Assembly: GCA_028688415.1 (NCBI GenBank)
Contig: JAQTYF010000001.1
Location: forward strand, 272,627-336,626
DNA from: Candidatus Moraniibacteriota bacterium
Lineage (GTDB): Bacteria; Patescibacteriota; Minisyncoccia; Moranbacterales; UBA1568
DNA: 64,000 nt
Direction: 5' to 3'
In this document: positions 46,573-56,200 of the stretch, in pieces
Layout: each line of letters opens with the position of its first letter
How positions within the stretch are numbered: position 1 is the first letter of the stretch
Program-made: the position numbers and the translations under genes
Notes under the pieces: generated by a model
The model's input: the letters and a program-made list of their open reading frames with translations, nothing else
Databases searched by the model: none
Told to the model about the DNA's origin: nothing

Positions 46573-47856
46573 ATGATTATACACACATCCAAAAAATATC
46601 AAAAATACTTCTTATTCTCTATACTTTGTTGCGGAAGCGTATTCTTTTCTTCCTTGGTTTTCGCTGAGAGCAATAGTATTACCGACCTCAATGCCGAACA
46701 GCAAAAAGATCTCAAAAAAAAACAAGATCAAATTGATGCGATCAATGCCAAGATAAAAGCCTACAAACAAATCGTATCACTCAAACAGCGTCAAGGATCA
46801 ACGCTCACCGATCAGATCACTTCTCTTGAAGCACAGGAGAAAAAGTTGGAACTTGAGATCGGTACGAACAAAGAAAAAATCATGGGTCTCGCAACCGATA
46901 TCGATTCTTTGTCGAAGAGAATTGTCGAACAAGAAAATCTCTTCGATCGACAGAAAAAGATGCTCTCAGAACTCATGCGCATATACCACAGTGATTATTC
47001 CAACGAAAAAGCGCTCATGCTTTTTTCTTCTGATGAGACACTCGCATTTCTCAATCAAGAAAACTGGACTTCTCAAATGGAGAGTAAAATCAGTGAATTG
47101 CTCGAATCTATAAAAATACTCAAAGAAAGTCTCTTGAGTGAACGTGTAGATATAGAAGAAAAGAAAAAAGAAGCAGATGATATTCATGCAAAACTTTCTG
47201 AACAAGATAGTTATCTCGAAAGTACCAAAAGTACCAAAGCCTCACTCCTTGCCAAGACTGTCGCTGAACAAAAAAAATATTCATCCCTCGTCAAATCACT
47301 TGAGGAGGAACAGAGTGATATCGAAGATGAAATCAATCGATTACAAGCAGGAACATCGGGCAGTTACGAAGATATGCCCGATGCCAAGAGAGGATTACTC
47401 GAATATCCTGTCAAAAAAATTATCATAACCCAAGGATATGGTATGACTGCTTATGCGAAAAAAGGTGCTTATGGCGGAGGACCTCACAACGGTGTAGACT
47501 TTGGTATTTCTTCTGGGACACCTATCTATGCTCCGATGAGTGGAAAAGTAGTCGGTGTCGGCAGTATGTACAAAAATGGTCGTTGGTACGGATATGGACG
47601 CTGGATCGCTATTGATCACGGAAACGGCATCGTCACACTCTATGGTCACCTCAGCTCTCAATCAGTAAAAAACGGACAAAAGGTATCGACGGGGGATAAA
47701 ATTGGTTCATCTGGAAATACCGGTTATTCCACTGGACCACATCTCCATTTTTCTGTTTTCTCTGCACAATCCTATAAAGTCGTTGCGTCAACTTCAGTCA
47801 AGGGTATTTCCCTGCCATACGGCGCACACGTCAATCCGATGAAATATTTGCCCTAA
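46573..47856 (+). CDS. M23 family peptidase with N-terminal coiled-coil (EnvC/murein hydrolase activator-like)
   Basis: Signal peptide, then a long coiled coil, then HNGVDFG…IDHGNG…GHLS…GNTGYSTGPHLHF (LytM/M23 HxxxD…HxH). The ORF opens at 46477 inside gltX, and ATG 46573 is preceded by a TATAAT box. Confidence 0.85.
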   Translation: MIIHTSKKYQKYFLFSILCCGSVFFSSLVFAESNSITDLNAEQQKDLKKKQDQIDAINAKIKAYKQIVSLKQRQGSTLTDQITSLEAQEKKLELEIGTNKEKIMGLATDIDSLSKRIVEQENLFDRQKKMLSELMRIYHSDYSNEKALMLFSSDETLAFLNQENWTSQMESKISELLESIKILKESLLSERVDIEEKKKEADDIHAKLSEQDSYLESTKSTKASLLAKTVAEQKKYSSLVKSLEEEQSDIEDEINRLQAGTSGSYEDMPDAKRGLLEYPVKKIIITQGYGMTAYAKKGAYGGGPHNGVDFGISSGTPIYAPMSGKVVGVGSMYKNGRWYGYGRWIAIDHGNGIVTLYGHLSSQSVKNGQKVSTGDKIGSSGNTGYSTGPHLHFSVFSAQSYKVVASTSVKGISLPYGAHVNPMKYLP

Positions 47857-47861
47857 TCTTT

Positions 47862-48635
47862 ATGCGTAAATGTCTCGACAGACCAATCCGCACATCTTTC
47901 CATAATGGGGAAATAATTGCTGATGTTTTCCTTCCTCTTCGTCAGACGGGGAGGATAGCCATATTGGCAGGGGGTTTACCCTCGTCTCCATCACAAAATG
48001 ATACACTGAGATTTCTCACAACATTCGGTTATGTAGCCATCTTTTTTCGCTATAGAGGAACGTGGGAAAGCAGGGGAAATTTTCTCGAAAAATCTCCTGC
48101 TCGAGACATCGCGGATATTCTTTCTGATTTAAAGGGGAGTCGAAAAATACACAATATTTTTCTGGAGGAAGATATCCCCATCAAAGTATCGTCCGTCACT
48201 CTCTTTGGTTCATCATTCGGGGGACCAGCAGTTCTCCTCAATTCTACGAATCCCCTCGTCAAAAAAGTTATTGCACTCTCACCTGTCCTCGACTGGCAAA
48301 CGATCGAACATGGGAGCGAACCATCATCAGACCATTTCCGATTCATCGAACAAGGATATCCCGAAGCATATCGGGTAAAGAAAAGACATGATTGGAAAAA
48401 GATTCACCGTCCTGATTTTTATAATCCACTCACCAATACATCTTTGATCGATGGTAGGAAGGTGTTCATTCTACATGCCACCGACGATACAATAGTGCCA
48501 GACACGACACTACCTCTGTTCACCGAAAAAACCGGTGCCACAGTATACCTCAAGCCACGTGGCGGACACTTCGGATTACGATACATCACCCATCAGTTTT
48601 TTTGGAAGAAAATACAAAACTTTTTGGAGCAATGA
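47862..48635 (+). CDS. alpha/beta-hydrolase (dienelactone hydrolase / peptidase S9-like)
   Basis: Carries LFGSSFGG (nucleophile elbow GxSxG), HATDDTIVP (Asp) and GGHFG (His). Confidence 0.75.
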   Translation: MRKCLDRPIRTSFHNGEIIADVFLPLRQTGRIAILAGGLPSSPSQNDTLRFLTTFGYVAIFFRYRGTWESRGNFLEKSPARDIADILSDLKGSRKIHNIFLEEDIPIKVSSVTLFGSSFGGPAVLLNSTNPLVKKVIALSPVLDWQTIEHGSEPSSDHFRFIEQGYPEAYRVKKRHDWKKIHRPDFYNPLTNTSLIDGRKVFILHATDDTIVPDTTLPLFTEKTGATVYLKPRGGHFGLRYITHQFFWKKIQNFLEQ

Positions 48636-48726
48636 TAGTCGTACAAAAGAACATTCGTTTTTTTGACTTGCGACTCCCCTCGAAAAAATGAAAAATTGTA
48701 GGGGAGAGAGGAAAAGAAAAAAAGGT

Positions 48727-49060
48727 ATCAAAACGAGTGCCTACAGGTGTACATCTATGTATCCCCAAACCGATCAAAAACGAAGAGAAACAGACATACA
48801 TCGATGACTCAAAAATTTGATCAAAAATGAGTGCTCAGAGGTATACATCTATGCCTCTCCAAATCACTCAAAATGAAAAGAAAAAAATCTATAAAGAATG
48901 AATGCCTAGGAGTATACATTGATGCCTCAGAAAACAGATGATTCCCCTCGCAAAAATGAAAAATAAAAGGGGAGAGAAAATGCTCCTGAAAACGAGCATC
49001 GGAGGGTATACATCAATGTATCTGAAATACAATACAAACCGGAGTGAAAAATGATTCTCT
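48727..49060 (+). repeat. four tandem degenerate ~30-bp direct repeats (atcaaaaNgagtgcYtaNaggtRtacatctATG) at 75-93-bp spacing, each opening a 12-16-codon mini-ORF
   Basis: The copies start near 48727, 48820, 48895 and 48988. Each has a GGAGG/AGGTG-like SD 7-9 nt before the ATG. The peptides are MYPQTDQKRRETDIHR, MPLQITQNEKKKIYKE, MPQKTDDSPRKNEK and MYLKYNTNRSEK. Confidence 0.6.
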
Positions 49061-49563
49061 CGATATACGAGAATACGCGCTAGAGAAATGAGAAGGAAAA
49101 GAGGTATATACGTATCACTTTTTATTCCAAACACCGTATACGCGATTATACGCATTCGTTTTGAATCGATTCGAGGACATACAAGTATCAATTACTCATA
49201 TTTGGCTTATATAAGCTATATAATGAATCAATACTTCTGTTCTCTTCCTATGCTATGTCGCATAAGTTACATAATGCGACGTTGTATAAGAAATAAAAAA
49301 TACTCTCTCCATTCAATACTAAACTCTTCTTTCTTACACTGATTACTACTCTTTCATTTTCTTTTTCTTCCCTCCTCTTCTCTCTACGGATCAATTTATT
49401 GGTCAAAAAAATACTTACTTTTTCTTCTTTTTATTATTCTCTTTTTTTGTTTCATTCTTGTTTACTTTACTTACACCATAACGAAAAGAAAAAGAAAATA
49501 AAAAAACCGGAAATTTTGTTGTTACAAAAAAACCGGCTTTATAAGTGATCGGGTAAAGACAGA

Positions 49564-50361
49564 TTACACGATCTTATTTTCAGAAAAGATAGACACAGCA
49601 TCCTTTCCAGATTCTTTGGAGATATAGAGTGCTCGATCGGCACTCTCGAGAGACTCTCTGTAAAGCCTATCCATTTCATCAGGCGTGGAATTTTGTTCGA
49701 TACCTGACGCAGCGATACCGATACTCACAGTCACAGGAAGACAATTTTCCAGCGAAAGTCGCGTATCGATTTTCATAATCCTTCTCAGTTCATTGGCACG
49801 TTCGATGATCTGCTCTCGCGACGCATTGGCGCACAGAACAAGGAATTCGTCTCCGCCGAAACGAGCAACAATATCGCTGTCCCGATGAAATATCTTCTGA
49901 AGCAACTCCCCAAATATCAGAAGAATGAAGTCCCCCATGGCATGACCCTTGATATCGTTCACTTGCTTGAAGTGATCGAGATCGATCGCCATCAAAAATG
50001 GAGCGAAAAACGGGAGGTCATTCGTCAGCGTATACCGCTGGATCAACCCCACTTGCCGATGCAAAGCCCTCTCGAATCCTCGTCGGTTCAAGAGTTTCGT
50101 CAAAGGATCTTGAAATGCCACTTCATGCAAATCTTTCATCAGTTCTTGCATTTCGGCGTTCTTTTTCAGAACCAACACATTGTGCTGATCGTATTCTTTC
50201 AAGATATCCAACAACTCCTGGATTGTTTGGTTTTGAATACGTGTTGAATCGGCGAGCTCTTGCCTGAGTCTTTCATTCTCTTTCTGAAGATCTTCTGTCG
50301 TTGTGTTACGAACGAGGTCGGAAGAACCGGTACCACCATCTTGATCTTGCGCATGAAACAT
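49564..50361 (-). CDS. GGDEF diguanylate cyclase with N-terminal coiled coil, no sensor domain
   Basis: Carries RFGGDEF with the RDSD I-site 5 residues upstream and LTKLLNRRGFE at the start of the domain. The ORF may start at 50397. Confidence 0.88.
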   Translation of the reverse strand: MFHAQDQDGGTGSSDLVRNTTTEDLQKENERLRQELADSTRIQNQTIQELLDILKEYDQHNVLVLKKNAEMQELMKDLHEVAFQDPLTKLLNRRGFERALHRQVGLIQRYTLTNDLPFFAPFLMAIDLDHFKQVNDIKGHAMGDFILLIFGELLQKIFHRDSDIVARFGGDEFLVLCANASREQIIERANELRRIMKIDTRLSLENCLPVTVSIGIAASGIEQNSTPDEMDRLYRESLESADRALYISKESGKDAVSIFSENKIV

Positions 50362-50497
50362 GATTATCTCCTGATTTGGTTGTAAAAGTGCTACCATATT
50401 TTAATAGCACAAAACACTCGTGTTGTCAATAGTACACGAGAGGAACTTTTCTGTTAGAATAGAGATACTATAAACAAATCTCCTTCAATATAACCCT

Positions 50498-51655
50498 ATG
50501 CGTATTTCTTATTCTACGCTCAACAATTATCAGACCTGTCCACTGAAATACAAGTTTCGTGAGATAGATAAAATCAAAGAGCCAAAGTCCAAAGAAGCAG
50601 TTTTCGGGACGCTGATTCATGCGGTGCTGAAATATATTCATACACCAGCTATCCTTTCCCCTACTCTTGATCAGGCTCTCGATTATTATTCCAAAGGTTG
50701 GAACAGCGAGGTCTATGATGATGAAATGGAAGAGAGATCGGCATTCACGCAGGGTGTCGCTATTATACAAAAATATCTCCAAAACAATAAGCCGAACGAC
50801 TATACCATCATCGATCTCGAGAGTCGATTTGCTATTGAAATCGGCAATGAACAAGATGGCATTCACACCGTATCCGGTATCATCGATCGTATCGACAAGA
50901 CTGAAGATGGATACGAAATTATCGATTATAAAACGACGCGCAAGATGCCATCCCAGGATAAAGTCGACAATGATCTCCAGCTCTCTATCTATCTCCGTGC
51001 CTTCCTCGAACGATATCCGAAAGAGAAAGAACATCTGGACAAAATAACCGTCAGTCTCTACTTCGTCAAACACGGTGTGAAACTTTCTTCCAAGCGAACT
51101 AAAGAACAACTCGAACACATTGAGGAAACATTCCTCGATGTTATAAAGTCAATCGAAGAAGAAAAATTTGATCCCATCCTCTCCCCTCTTTGTGACTGGT
51201 GTGGATACCAGAATATTTGTCCGATGTGGAAGCACAAATTCGCAGAGACTCACACGGTAAAGAATGAGGAAGCCGAAAAAGCTATCAGTGAGTATCTCGA
51301 TCTGAAAGGAAAACTCAGTGAAGAAAAACTCCGTCTCGGAAAACTTCAATCACTCATCCTGCAGTATATGGAACAAGAAGGTATCGATCGAGTCTTCGAC
51401 GACAATGGCATTATCGCCAAATCACTTCGCAAAACATACAAATACGATGCTGATCAATTGCGTGCCATTCTCGAACCACTCGACAAATGGGAATCAGTAC
51501 TCAAAGTTGATGGTGTCGCTCTCCGAAATATTCTCGCCGTCCTCCCGACACCCATCAAACAATCCGTTGAAGGTGCCAAAGTCCTCGACAAAGAAAGCGT
51601 CAGTCTCTCGGTCAAGAAGAACAAAATAGAAGTCGATGACGAACTTTCTCTCTAG
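50498..51655 (+). CDS. PD-(D/E)XK nuclease (RecB/Cas4-like domain with Cys cluster) plus C-terminal extension
   Basis: Has N-terminal QTCPLKY, GTLIHAVL, IIDYKTT (D…EK core) and C-terminal CDWCGYQNIC. That is the Cas4/AddB-type four-Cys arrangement, followed by about 130 extra residues. Confidence 0.75.
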   Translation: MRISYSTLNNYQTCPLKYKFREIDKIKEPKSKEAVFGTLIHAVLKYIHTPAILSPTLDQALDYYSKGWNSEVYDDEMEERSAFTQGVAIIQKYLQNNKPNDYTIIDLESRFAIEIGNEQDGIHTVSGIIDRIDKTEDGYEIIDYKTTRKMPSQDKVDNDLQLSIYLRAFLERYPKEKEHLDKITVSLYFVKHGVKLSSKRTKEQLEHIEETFLDVIKSIEEEKFDPILSPLCDWCGYQNICPMWKHKFAETHTVKNEEAEKAISEYLDLKGKLSEEKLRLGKLQSLILQYMEQEGIDRVFDDNGIIAKSLRKTYKYDADQLRAILEPLDKWESVLKVDGVALRNILAVLPTPIKQSVEGAKVLDKESVSLSVKKNKIEVDDELSL

Positions 51656-51701
51656 AAAAAATATCGGCACAAAAGAAAAAACGCTGTCTTACCTCTTTGA
51701 C

Positions 51702-51747
51702 TTGACAGTATTTTTTTGTTCTTGTATTATACCTATACCATAGGTAT
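51702..51747 (+). promoter_or_regulatory. sigma-70 promoter (TTGACA-17-TATTAT) with overlapping CsoR-type operator palindrome ATACCTA-TACCA-TAGGTAT
   Basis: -35 at 51702-51707 and -10 at 51725-51730. The 7-bp inverted repeat at 51729-51747 overlaps the -10 box and the transcription start. It lies immediately upstream of the CsoR-family gene. Confidence 0.65.
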
Positions 51748-51777
51748 ACGTATATAATACATGTTTATAAAAAAATT

Positions 51778-52059
51778 ATGCAAGAAGAAAAAAAGAAGAT
51801 CGTCATTGCCCTTCGCAAGGCCAAGACGAGTATCGAAAAGATAATCGTTCGCATCGAAGAGGAGGAGGCAGAATGCTTTCCTGCCATCCAACAGACACTC
51901 TCTGCTATAGGACTCTTGCGATCGGTGAATATGCTGATGCTCGAAAACCATATGAAACAAGCAATGACAAAACATACAGGGACAAATATCTCTGGGAAAC
52001 AAATGAAGGCGCTCCAGGAAGAAATCCTGAAGATTGTCAAAACGTCTCAAGATAAATAA
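51778..52059 (+). CDS. CsoR/RcnR/FrmR-family metal(or aldehyde)-sensing transcriptional repressor
   Basis: A 93-aa protein carrying IALRKAKTSIEKIIVRIEEEEAEC…AIGLLRSVNMLMLENHM, the DUF156 helix-bundle pattern with Cys/His ligand positions. Confidence 0.7.
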   Translation: MQEEKKKIVIALRKAKTSIEKIIVRIEEEEAECFPAIQQTLSAIGLLRSVNMLMLENHMKQAMTKHTGTNISGKQMKALQEEILKIVKTSQDK

Positions 52060-52079
52060 TCATCATTATCATTCTTTTT

Positions 52080-53210
52080 ATGAAGAAAAAATATCTCCTT
52101 CTTTTCGCTGTTTCCATAATAGGAATACTCATATTTTTTGGCGTACGTTCTTCGGAGTCCGTCTCTCTCACTGAGATGTTAGATGTGCAATCGGTCAAAA
52201 CGATGAGTACTGTTCTCTCACCATTCCAGGAATCAAGAGAATTTTCCGGATTCATCCGGGGTGTCAAACAGACAGATATTGCCTCGAGTATTCCGGGATC
52301 TCTCCTCAAATTGACAAAGGAGGAAGGTGATAGTGTGTATCAAGGTGAAATAATAGCCATCATCGATGGCAGAGAGTTCTCTGCCACTGAGAAAAGTGCT
52401 GCCTCCTCTCTCCAATCAATCGAAAAAACACTGAAAGAAACGAAGAAATATTACGATCAAAAAGTAGATGAAGCAAAAACAGCACTCGACAATACGACAG
52501 GAAAATCTGAAAAAGATTCCGCAGAAGAAGCTCTCAAAAGTGCCAAACGTCTCCGTGATGCACAGATAGCAACGCTTGATACACAAAAAGAAGCGGTTGC
52601 CGGATCTCTTGCGGTCTCGCAAGCCAGTGCGTCACAGACACTTATCCGAGCACCATTTTCTGGTATCATAACGAAAAAAAATACTTCTCTCGGATCCTAT
52701 ATCTCTCCTGGTATATCTTTGTATTCGATTGCTTCCGAAGATGCACTGGAAGTAGTTCTGTCGATTCCAACGTCTATCGCCACTCAGGTAAAAAAAGGAT
52801 CCTTGGTCTCTGTATCTAATAGCAACACGACACTTGATGGATTTGTCTTTTCGATTTCTTCTTTGTCAGAAGAATCCTCTCAGCGTTCTTCGGCTCGCAT
52901 TCGATTTGCTGATAGAAATCAAAGCAATGCATTTTCTTTGAGTGAATATGTACGAGTCACCATACCTCTCGGAGAAACACGCGACGCTATCCTTATACCG
53001 GAACAGGCACTCATTTCTAAATACGATGATACGTTCGTTTTCGTGATTGAAGACAACCAGACAAAGAAATATCCAGTCGTACTCGGGAGTACTGGAAATG
53101 GAACAAGAGAAATCATTACTGGAATCACGCCTGGAATGCATATTGTCATAGAAGGACAACATACACTCTCTCATAATCAAACGGTTATAGAAACATATGT
53201 CACAGAATAA
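52080..53210 (+). CDS. efflux RND periplasmic adaptor (membrane fusion protein, HlyD family)
   Basis: N-terminal TM helix, a lipoyl/β-barrel part (GEIIAIIDG…LIRAPFSGIITKK) and a central coiled coil. Confidence 0.82.
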   Translation: MKKKYLLLFAVSIIGILIFFGVRSSESVSLTEMLDVQSVKTMSTVLSPFQESREFSGFIRGVKQTDIASSIPGSLLKLTKEEGDSVYQGEIIAIIDGREFSATEKSAASSLQSIEKTLKETKKYYDQKVDEAKTALDNTTGKSEKDSAEEALKSAKRLRDAQIATLDTQKEAVAGSLAVSQASASQTLIRAPFSGIITKKNTSLGSYISPGISLYSIASEDALEVVLSIPTSIATQVKKGSLVSVSNSNTTLDGFVFSISSLSEESSQRSSARIRFADRNQSNAFSLSEYVRVTIPLGETRDAILIPEQALISKYDDTFVFVIEDNQTKKYPVVLGSTGNGTREIITGITPGMHIVIEGQHTLSHNQTVIETYVTE

Positions 53211-56200
53211 TCCTCCAGAGAAACTCGGACTGGCTGGAAAGATCACTCAGATATTTCTCAAAAATACGGAATTATCGATCTTGTCCATCATTCTTCTGGC
53301 AGTATGGGGCGCGCTCTCATTTTCTCTCATGCCCAAGCAATACAACCCAGAAATCGTCGCTCCAGCATTTACCATAACGACGGATTTTCCTGGAGCCAGT
53401 GCAAGCGAGATATACGAACTCATCACACGTCCCATCGAAGACAAGGTTTTCGAGTTATCCGATATTGATGAAGTATCATCGCAGAGTTTTCCTGGAGGAA
53501 AAAGTGTCGTCATGGTAAAATTTTTCGTCGGATCAAATCGTGAAGATGCAAAAATAACACTGAACCAGAAACTTCGTGACAACATAACCACCAAACCACA
53601 GGGTGTTTCGGACCCAATGATACAATCCATAGACCCTGATGATGTGCCGATTCTCGACATTGGTCTTTCTTCTGAGACATTCTCTCCGAGCTCACTTCGT
53701 AAACTCGCGATTGATATCTCTGATACTCTCAAGCTGACAAACGGTGTTTCAAAAGTAGAAATCAAGGGTGGCTATATCAATCATCTCGAAATTACCATAG
53801 ATGGAGCAAAACTCTCAGCCCTTGATCTCACACTCGATGAGGTCCTGGGCTCTCTCTCACAAGCAAATGATATCTACACGTTTGATACACTCGAAACAGA
53901 CGAGCGCCATTCTATTGTGAATATCATCGGTAATATACAAAATGAGGAATCACTCAATCAAATCATTGTACGAAACAACGGGCAAACAATCGTACGTATC
54001 AGTGATATAGCCGATGTCTCATACGGACCAGGTGAGATAACTCATTACGTCAGCCGGACAGAGAAAGATGCCGAGAATTCTCCCATCGTACATATCGCTC
54101 TTTCTAAACTCCGAGGAACGAACTCAACAGTCGTATCCGAAGCATCTCTCGATACACTGGACAATCTAAAAGGAAAGCTCATACCAAACGATGTTCGTGT
54201 CGATGTATTGAATGACGAAGGTGCAATAGCCAGTGGCGAAATTTCCAAACTCACCTTTGACCTCATTAAATCAATCATTATCGTCGGAATATTGCTCTTT
54301 ATTTTTCTTGGTGCAAAAAATTCTCTTATTGCTACTATATCGATCCCTCTCGTGCTCTTGGCAGTCTTTGGCACAGGATTTTTAGCAGGACAGACGATCA
54401 ATAGAATCACACTTTTCGCACTTATTCTCTCTCTGGGTCTTCTCGTCGATGATGCTATCGTGGTTGTAGAAAACATCGCTCGCTATTTCCGTCTCTATCC
54501 AAATGAAAACAAATTGAAACTCATCGTACGAGCAGTCGATGAAGTTGGTGGTGCACTCGCTCTTTCCACATTCACGATGGCAATCGCTTTCATTCCGATG
54601 GCATTTGTGACTGGTATGATGGGACCATATATGGGACCGATTCCTTTCTTTGTTCCTGTGGCACTCATCGCGTCACTCCTCTTCGCTGTCACTATCAATC
54701 CATTTTTGGCGCTCCTCTTTTCCAAAGAGAAGGATAAGAAACAGACAAACAAAACGCGTTCCTACGAGTCAGGAATATTTTTCCGTATCGTAAAAAAAAT
54801 TGAAGGTATCTATGCAGAGTTTCTTTCTCGTCTCTTGAGAGAGAGAAAGCGTCGGAATGTTTTCCTCGGCGGGGTTTTGATTCTTCTTATTATCTCTCTT
54901 ATACTTCCACTTACTCCCCTCGTGCCATTTCGGTTATTGCCCAAGGCGAATAAAGATCAATTCTCTCTCTATGTAGACCTTCCTTCTGGTACACACATCG
55001 AACACACGAGGAAAATCACCGAAAAAATTGAGAAAATTATCCTCGAAGAATCAGAAATCACTAGTGTCGAAAGTGCCATCGGCGAATCACTTGTGGTTGA
55101 TTTCAACGGGCTCTTCAAGGGAAGCTCTGGTCGCAAAGGAAGCAATCAGGCGACACTCAAAATACACTTGACACCACATAAGGATCGATCACTCGTTTCT
55201 GAAGAAATAGCCTCTAGCATCCGTGCTTCTCTTTCTCTTTTCACGAAAGGAAATCCAGATGCAGTTATTCGACTTGTCGAAGATCCACCGGGACCACCAG
55301 TTCTCGCCACATTCCTTCTCAAAATAAAGGGTGGCGATGACAGAATGCGTGAACAGATCGCTTCTGATATGACAACAGAAATACGTTCTATTTCTGGTAT
55401 CGTCGATATCGATACATCCGTACTCGAGCGTGGTGCGAATATCTCCTACCGTGTCAATCATGAAAAAGCCGGGTTGCTCGGTATAGCACCAAACGATATT
55501 GTACGAACACTTCACACGGCTCTCTCCGGATCATCTATTGGTCTTTATCATGAATCTTCACGTGAAGATGTGCGAAAAGCCGAACAAGAGTATATCACGA
55601 TTCGCTTTGATAAAAAATCTCGCGATAACGAAAATGATCTCTCGCTCATTCGATTGATGAGCAAGAACGGTGTGACTATCCCGCTTACAGAATTGATCGA
55701 GAAAACAGAAGAAACAGTCGATACCGCTATACTTTCCGACGATCGAGAACAGACGATTTATCTCTCAGGGGAAATGGAGGGGCGAAGCATTATCTACGCC
55801 GTCATCGATCTTTTTCCAAAACTGCTCTCCTATGAAATACCCGGAACATCACTTAAACGTGTTTCTTGGTCACTTCTCGGTGCAGTGTATGAGGATACGG
55901 TCACCCACAAACACTATACGATCGAAATCGGTGGTGAATGGAAACTGACACTTGAAGTCTTCCGTGATCTCGGTATCGCTATGGGACTCGCTCTTTTTCT
56001 CATCTATTTCATTCTTGCTGCAAAAACCGAATCGTTGTTTATTCCTCTTCTTATCATGGTCAGTATCCCGCTTGCTCTCATCGGAGTCTTGCCTGGATTC
56101 GCTCTGCTTCAGTCTTTCAAGGGAACCTATTTCAACGCGACATCAATGATCGGCGTCATCGCTCTTGCTGGTCTCGCCGTGAAAAATGCTGTCATCTATC

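Noticed and set aside
48727-49060. Possible CRISPR array at the 48.7-49.1-kb repeats
   Set aside because: The repeat copies are only about 70-80% identical. Their spacing is irregular (75-93 bp) and much longer than CRISPR spacers. No cas genes are adjacent apart from a lone Cas4-like nuclease. The pattern of SD, leader and ATG does not fit CRISPR.
48586-49342. ORF-track entries 48586-48801(-), 48889-49191(-) and 49088-49342(+) in the non-coding block
   Set aside because: They have no RBS and their composition is unlike real proteins in this genome. They overlap the tandem leader repeats whose conserved strand is +. They are treated as non-coding.
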